Assembly (NCBI RefSeq): GCF_051860965.1
Contig: NZ_JBIMKU010000003.1
Location: 367,671 to 431,670, forward strand
Length of the DNA stretch: 64,000 bases
Source: Microbacterium sp.
GTDB lineage: Bacteria > Actinomycetota > Actinomycetes > Actinomycetales > Microbacteriaceae
Reading direction: 5' to 3'
Made by a program: the position numbers and the translations under genes. Of the stretch, positions 59,106 to 64,000 are shown piece by piece. Each line of letters starts with the position of its first letter. The stretch's first letter is position 1. The notes under the pieces are model-generated. The model did no database searches. It was not told the DNA's origin and saw only the letters and a program-made list of their open reading frames with translations.

Positions 59106-59597
59106 TCACTGACCGTTGTAGGTCTCGACCTTGAGGACCTCGACGGCGATCTCTCGGCCGTTGGGCGCCGTGTACGACGTCTTGTCGCCCTCTTTCAGAC
59201 CGAGGATGGCCGCGCCGAGCGGGGACGCCTCGCTGTAGACGTCGAGCTCGGATCCGACGGCGATCTCGCGGTTGCCCAGCAGGAAGCGCTCCTCGCCACC
59301 GGCGACGACGGCCGTGATGACGGTGCCCGACTCGACGACGCCGTGGCTCTCGGGCGCCTCGCTGACGGTCGCGGTCTTCAGCAGGTGCTGCAGCGTGCGG
59401 ATGCGGGCCTCCTGCTTGCCCTGCTCGTCCTTGGCCGCGTGGTAGCCGCCGTTCTCTTTGAGATCGCCCTCTTCGCGGGCGGCTTCGATGCGCTTCGCGA
59501 TCTCTTCGCGGCCGGTCGTCGAGAGGTGCTCGAGTTCGGATGCGAGACGGTCGAAGGCATCCTGGGTGAGGAAGGTCACCGGGGCATCGCTGGACAC
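59106..59597 (-). CDS. greA: Transcription elongation factor GreA
   Basis: EGDLKENGGYHAAK, SPLGAAILG; SD AAGGAG. Confidence 0.97.
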   Translation of the reverse strand: MSSDAPVTFLTQDAFDRLASELEHLSTTGREEIAKRIEAAREEGDLKENGGYHAAKDEQGKQEARIRTLQHLLKTATVSEAPESHGVVESGTVITAVVAGGEERFLLGNREIAVGSELDVYSEASPLGAAILGLKEGDKTSYTAPNGREIAVEVLKVETYNGQ

Positions 59598-59630
59598 GTC
59601 GATCTCCTTGGTTCGGGGGCGGTACGGCGA

Positions 59631-59655
59631 ACGCCCCGGGCTCCTGCCGGGGCGT
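59631..59655 (-). terminator. GC hairpin between DUF4307 and greA
   Basis: Perfect 9-bp arms ACGCCCCGG / CCGGGGCGT; no U-tract. Confidence 0.5.
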
Positions 59656-59669
59656 CACTGCCGGCCAGA

Positions 59670-60062
59670 CTACGTCACCCAGCAGTCGTTGACAAAACCG
59701 GTCACCGCGACGGCGGTCGTCGGAAGCGTCGCACGATGGGCCTGACCGTGGTCGTCGGACGCCGCGAACTCCACGACTTTCCAGCCCACGGTGCCGTGCT
59801 CGGCATCCTGCGCCTCGATGGCGCATGCGACGCCGCGACCCGGGGGCGAGGTGAACTGGAACGTGACCTCGACCGTGCGATCGTCGACCAGACGGAACCC
59901 GGTGGTGTCGGCGTCGACGGCGGTCGACGCCGACGCGACGGTCATCCAGCCGACGACGATCGCGGCCACGACACCGAGTGCGATCCCGATCCACAGACCC
60001 CAGCGGCGCCCGCCGGCGCGGGTGCGCCCGTAGCGCTCGTCGAGCATCTGCTGAGTGGTCAT
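59670..60062 (-). CDS. DUF4307 domain membrane protein
   Basis: ERYG, TM, CAIEA, VGWK; usual greA neighbour. Confidence 0.85.
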   Translation of the reverse strand: MTTQQMLDERYGRTRAGGRRWGLWIGIALGVVAAIVVGWMTVASASTAVDADTTGFRLVDDRTVEVTFQFTSPPGRGVACAIEAQDAEHGTVGWKVVEFAASDDHGQAHRATLPTTAVAVTGFVNDCWVT

Positions 60063-60139
60063 GGCCGTCCGTCGTGGGGGATCGGGAAGATTAGGCTGGA
60101 GTTCCAGGCTATGCGCTTTCGGCGCGGAAGAAGGAACCC

Positions 60140-60427
60140 ATGCACGACGCGCTCTTCGCGGGCCTCCAGACCCCGACGCCCACGGGGACGCCTGTCGATC
60201 CGAACCTCGTGACCCCCGGCTTCTGGGGCTTCGCCCTCATCGTGTTCATCGCGATCGCGGTGATCGTGCTCGTGTGGGACATGCTCCGCCGCATCCGCCG
60301 GGGCCGCGTGCGTGCCGACATCCGCGAAGAGCTCCTCGCAGAGCAGCAGGCGGCGGATGCCGTGCGCGCGAGCGACGTGGACGACCAGGACGTCGATCCC
60401 GCCGACGACCCCGACCGCAGGGCCTGA
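60140..60427 (+). CDS. Hypothetical single-TM protein
   Basis: VTPGFWGF, TM, WDMLRRIRR; SD AAGGA. Confidence 0.75.
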   Translation: MHDALFAGLQTPTPTGTPVDPNLVTPGFWGFALIVFIAIAVIVLVWDMLRRIRRGRVRADIREELLAEQQAADAVRASDVDDQDVDPADDPDRRA

Positions 60428-60429
60428 GG

Positions 60430-61173
60430 TCAGCCCGGCAGGCCCAGCGACGGGCTCACTGGCTGGAGCGCGATGAGCAGACATGCCGTCCAGTGGCACA
60501 GGAACGCCAGCACCGTGCACACGTGGAAGATCTCGTGGAAACCGAAGTGCCCCGGCCACGGATTGGGCTTCTTCAGGGCGTAGACGATCGCGCCGCCGGT
60601 ATAGAGCAGTCCGCCGACGATGACGAGGATGACCATCGCGAAGTTCGCGGCGAACAACTGGGGCATGTACATCACGGCGGCCCAGCCCAGCGCCAGGTAG
60701 AGGGCGACGTAGAGCCACCGCGGGGCGTTGATCCAGAAGACCCGGAAGAGGATGCCCAGCAGCGCGCCCGACCACACCACCACGAGCAGGATGGTGCCCT
60801 GATCGGGCGGGAGCGCGAGTGTCGCGAGCGGCGTGTACGTGCCCGCGATCAGCAGCAGGATGTTCGCGTGGTCGATGCGCTTCAGCACCGCTTTGGTCTT
60901 GGGACCCCAGTCGAACCGGTGGTAGACGGCGGAGTTGCCGAAGAGCAGGAGCGAGGATGCCATGAACACGGCTGCGGCCCACTTCGCCGGAGCGCCGTCG
61001 GAGAGGACGATGAGCACGATCCCCGCGGCGATCGCGACGGGGAAGATCGCCGCGTGGATCCAGCCTCGCCACGTGGGCTTGATCTCGGGCACCGCCGCCT
61101 CGTCGTCGGCGACCTCCATGAGCGGCAGCACGGGGACCTCGGGGGCCTTCGGAAGGCGGGTGCGGCGGCTCAT
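60430..61173 (-). CDS. Hemolysin III / PAQR family membrane protein (TrhA-like)
   Basis: KPTWRGWIH, SAVYH, RIDHANI, GTYTP, FHEIFH; leaderless TACCCT plus 6 nt. Confidence 0.92.
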   Translation of the reverse strand: MSRRTRLPKAPEVPVLPLMEVADDEAAVPEIKPTWRGWIHAAIFPVAIAAGIVLIVLSDGAPAKWAAAVFMASSLLLFGNSAVYHRFDWGPKTKAVLKRIDHANILLLIAGTYTPLATLALPPDQGTILLVVVWSGALLGILFRVFWINAPRWLYVALYLALGWAAVMYMPQLFAANFAMVILVIVGGLLYTGGAIVYALKKPNPWPGHFGFHEIFHVCTVLAFLCHWTACLLIALQPVSPSLGLPG

Positions 61174-61213
61174 GTCCCCAGGGTAGGCCCATCCTCATGC
61201 CCGGGGGCGTACA

Positions 61214-61250
61214 TACTCAGTCTCATAGACAGCGGTACTCAGTTTCACAG
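61214..61250. promoter_or_regulatory. 15-bp direct repeat with 22-bp period, candidate operator
   Basis: TACTCAGTCTCATAG (61214) and TACTCAGTTTCACAG (61236), AT-rich, between divergent promoters. Confidence 0.55.
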
Positions 61251-61285
61251 CCGCGTGACAGGCGCGGGACGGGTAGCGTAGGCGT

Positions 61286-62071
61286 GTGGCGCGGGCATCG
61301 TCGAACGAGGGCAGGGGACCCCTCTATCGGCTCTACATCAATCGGCTGCGTCGACGCCTCGACCCCGCCGCCGTGCCTCGCCACCTCGCGATGATGATCG
61401 ACGGCAACCGGCGCTGGGCGCGCCAGCTCGGCTACGACTCGGCGGCGCACGGTCACCGCGCGGGGGCGGCCAAGATGCGCGAGTTCCTCGAATGGTGCGA
61501 CGACCTCGGCATCCGCGTGGTGTCGCTGTACCTGCTCTCCAACGACAACCTGGTCAAGCGCGACTCGCAGGAGCTCTCGGACCTCATCGAGATCATCGCC
61601 GAACTCGCGGAGCAGCTCTCGCACGAGCGCGATTGGCGCGTGCAGCACGTCGGTCGGTCCGACCGCCTCCCGCCCGAGCTCGCGCGCGTCCTGGTCGCGG
61701 CACAGGACCGCACGCGCGACCACACCGGGATGCACGTCAACCTGGCGGTCGGGTACGGCGGCCGTGGCGAGATCGTGGATGCCGTGCGCAGCATCATCGC
61801 CCAGCACGACGAGGGCGGCGGATCGCTCGAAGAGCTCGCGGCATCCCTCACGCCCGAGCAGATCGGCGAGCACCTCTACACCGGCGGGCAGCCCGATCCC
61901 GACCTCGTGATCCGCACATCGGGGGAGCAGCGACTGAGCGACTTCCTCCTGTGGCAGTCGGCCCACAGCGAGTTCTACTTCGTAGAAGCGCTCGGGCCGG
62001 ATCTGCGCGAGGTGGACTTCCTGCGTGCGATCCGTGCCTTCGCGGACCGCGACCGCCGCTTCGGCGGCTGA
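61286..62071 (+). CDS. cis-isoprenyl diphosphate synthase (Rv1086-like short-chain Z-FPP synthase)
   Basis: MIDGNRRWA, LSNDN, VGYGGR, IRTSGEQRLSDFLLWQ, RRFGG; leaderless TAGCGT plus 6 nt. Confidence 0.93.
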   Translation: MARASSNEGRGPLYRLYINRLRRRLDPAAVPRHLAMMIDGNRRWARQLGYDSAAHGHRAGAAKMREFLEWCDDLGIRVVSLYLLSNDNLVKRDSQELSDLIEIIAELAEQLSHERDWRVQHVGRSDRLPPELARVLVAAQDRTRDHTGMHVNLAVGYGGRGEIVDAVRSIIAQHDEGGGSLEELAASLTPEQIGEHLYTGGQPDPDLVIRTSGEQRLSDFLLWQSAHSEFYFVEALGPDLREVDFLRAIRAFADRDRRFGG

Positions 62072-62090
62072 GCAGTGCCAGAATGTGAGC

Positions 62091-63212
62091 GTGACGGACC
62101 TCGAGGGCTTCCACGCCTCGTTCGACGGCGAACCCGGCTACCTGGACTGGGCCGCGTTCGGACCGCTGTCTCCCGCCGTGCGGGCCGAAGCCCAGGCGGA
62201 CACGGAGCTGCTGGGCTCGGGTAGGCGCTCGAGCATCGAGCTCGTCGACGCGCACGTAGCCGAGGCGCGCGAGCTCGTCGCGGAGCTGATCGGCGCCCCG
62301 GTCGACGAGGTCGTGCTGCAGCCGTCGACGACCTACGGCATCATGCAGGCGTTCTACGGGCTCGCGGGCGGCCTCATGCTGTCGCGCACCGAATTCCCCA
62401 ACCTCACGGTCGCGGCGACGCGCGCGAGCAATGCACTGGGCTCCCTCCACCTCCAGTGGCTCGATTCCGACGACGGCTTCGTCACTCCCGACCTCGTGCG
62501 CGAATCGCTCACCGACGACACGACCGCGCTCGCCGTCAGCCTCGTGGACGCCCGCACGGGCTATCGCGCGGACCTTCCTGCGCTGCGCGACGTGATCGGC
62601 GACCGACTCCTCATCGTCGACGCCATCCAGGGATTCGGCGTTGTCGATGTCGACTACGCGGCGGCGGATGTGGTGTGCTCGAACGGCTACAAGTGGCTGC
62701 GCGCGGGCCGCGGCACGGGATTCGCGTGGTTCGGCGAGCGCGCGCTCGAGCGGATCGCCCCCGTCCTCTCGGGGTACGTCGGCATCGACGGCGAGCTGTC
62801 CTTCGGCGTGGTCCCGGTGCCTTCCGCATCGTCGGCGGCGTTCACCGTGTCGCGCACCGACAGCCTCGCGGCAGCCCGCCTCGCGACGGCCCTCCGCGAG
62901 GTGCGGGATGCCGGGATCGGCGCCATCGAGAGCGAGATCGCACAGCGCACGGGCGACGTGATGTACTTCGCCGACCGCTACGAGGTGCCCGTGATCACTC
63001 CGCGGGAGCCGGCGCAGCGCGCCGGGATCGTGACCCTGGCGCCCGCGCCGCAGGATGCGGCGCCGCTCGCGGCATCCCTCGCCAATCACGGGCTCGCCGT
63101 CACCCTGCGCGCCGGACTCGTGCGCGTGTCGCCGCATGTGGGCACGGCTGCCGACACGCTGCGCCTGTTCGGCGATGCCCTCGCGGCGTTCTCGTCGTCG
63201 CGCGTGTGGTGA
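62091..63212 (+). CDS. Class V PLP-dependent aminotransferase (cysteine desulfurase/kynureninase-like)
   Basis: YLDWAAFGP, VDAIQGFG, NGYKWL PLP lysine, RVSPH; CAGAAT plus 6 nt GTG. Confidence 0.85.
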   Translation: MTDLEGFHASFDGEPGYLDWAAFGPLSPAVRAEAQADTELLGSGRRSSIELVDAHVAEARELVAELIGAPVDEVVLQPSTTYGIMQAFYGLAGGLMLSRTEFPNLTVAATRASNALGSLHLQWLDSDDGFVTPDLVRESLTDDTTALAVSLVDARTGYRADLPALRDVIGDRLLIVDAIQGFGVVDVDYAAADVVCSNGYKWLRAGRGTGFAWFGERALERIAPVLSGYVGIDGELSFGVVPVPSASSAAFTVSRTDSLAAARLATALREVRDAGIGAIESEIAQRTGDVMYFADRYEVPVITPREPAQRAGIVTLAPAPQDAAPLAASLANHGLAVTLRAGLVRVSPHVGTAADTLRLFGDALAAFSSSRVW

Positions 63213-63395
63213 GGCATCCGGAGTTCACATACTCGTAACCCGCGCACCGCGTGTCGGAGTGGGTCGGTGTCGGTGGGCGGACGTACGTTCATCTCATCGG
63301 GCAAGGAGCCCGTTCGAGTCGGCCGTACGGACCACGACTCGTGACCCTGGTCGACTCGTGACTGCCGGGTTTCCCACCCGGGGCGGGAGTGGGTT

Positions 63396-64000
63396 GTGAC
63401 CACACGAGCTACAACGGATCAGCGCAGCACGGTCGAGACCGAGGGCGAGGTCGAGCAGGATCTGCGCACCTACGTCCTCGACACGTCGGTCCTCCTGAGC
63501 GATCCGCGAGCGTTCTTCCGATTCGCCGAGCACAACGTCGTGATCCCCGTCGTGGTGATCACGGAGCTCGAGGGCAAGCGCCACGACCCCGAGATCGGCT
63601 ATTTCGCCCGCCAGGCCCTGCGTCACCTCGATGAGCTTCGCATCGAGCACGGTCGACTCGACTTCCCCGTCCCCGTCGGCGAGGGCGGCACACTGCGCGT
63701 CGAGCTCACGAACACGGATGCGAGTGTTCTCCCGGCCGGCATGCGCCTCGGCGACAACGACACCCGCATCCTGGCCGTCGCGATGAATCTCGCGCAGGAC
63801 GGGCAGGAGGTCACGGTCGTCTCCAAGGACCTCCCGATGCGCGTGAAGGCGGCATCGCTCGGAGTCATCGCCGAGGAGTATCTCGCCGAGCAGGCGATCG
63901 ACTCCGGCTGGACGGGCATCGCCGACATCGCCGTGTCGGGCGACGACATGAGCGACCTCTACGAGAGCGAGATCGCGACGAGTGACGATGTGCGGGGCTT
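63396..64000 (+). CDS. phoH2: PIN-PhoH (PhoH2) protein, N-terminal part truncated by the window end
   Basis: [41 protein letters not shown]; open to the window end; missing from the ORF track. Confidence 0.92.
   Translation, partial: MTTRATTDQRSTVETEGEVEQDLRTYVLDTSVLLSDPRAFFRFAEHNVVIPVVVITELEGKRHDPEIGYFARQALRHLDELRIEHGRLDFPVPVGEGGTLRVELTNTDASVLPAGMRLGDNDTRILAVAMNLAQDGQEVTVVSKDLPMRVKAASLGVIAEEYLAEQAIDSGWTGIADIAVSGDDMSDLYESEIATSDDVRG

Noticed and set aside
61243-61260. TCAC-N6-GTGA as a CRP/GlxR site
   Set aside because: Half-sites are in the reverse order of the TGTGA-N6-TCACA consensus.

Overview
High-GC (roughly 70% by eye, not computed) actinobacterial chromosome segment. Gene content and order point to Microbacteriaceae, probably Microbacterium (inference). 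It is mostly core genome: rsmA, ispE, tRNA-Gln-glmU-prs, gnd, rplY-pth, mfd, ppc, nhaA-mazG, hisS, eno-ftsB-DUF501, ndh, tRNA-Leu, lemA-htpX, ilvA, greA, isoprenyl transferase and phoH2. Accessory modules are interleaved: a Stealth phosphotransferase, an Eis-like GNAT, a flavinylation-based extracytoplasmic redox module, a two-component system with an ABC exporter, a secreted hydrolase, and two YcaQ/AlkZ-like glycosylases. I saw no integrase, transposase, prophage or CRISPR array. The strongest unexplained signals are non-coding. (1) The motif GGATGCC(GCGG) is iterated on both strands, inside genes and as inverted pairs in terminators, with 19 exact 11-mer copies counted by hand. (2) The nhaA leader can form an H-type pseudoknot (riboswitch candidate). 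(3) CATAG-type repeats with 11-bp period are shared by the redox operon and the two-component system. (4) Two 55-bp palindromic elements lie in tandem. (5) glmU starts 1 nt after the tRNA-Gln discriminator. (6) Several small or leaderless ORFs are absent from the ORF track. Many starts were reassigned using TANNNT -10 boxes 6-7 nt before the start codon (leaderless architecture). All coordinates and counts were made by hand; no database searches were run.
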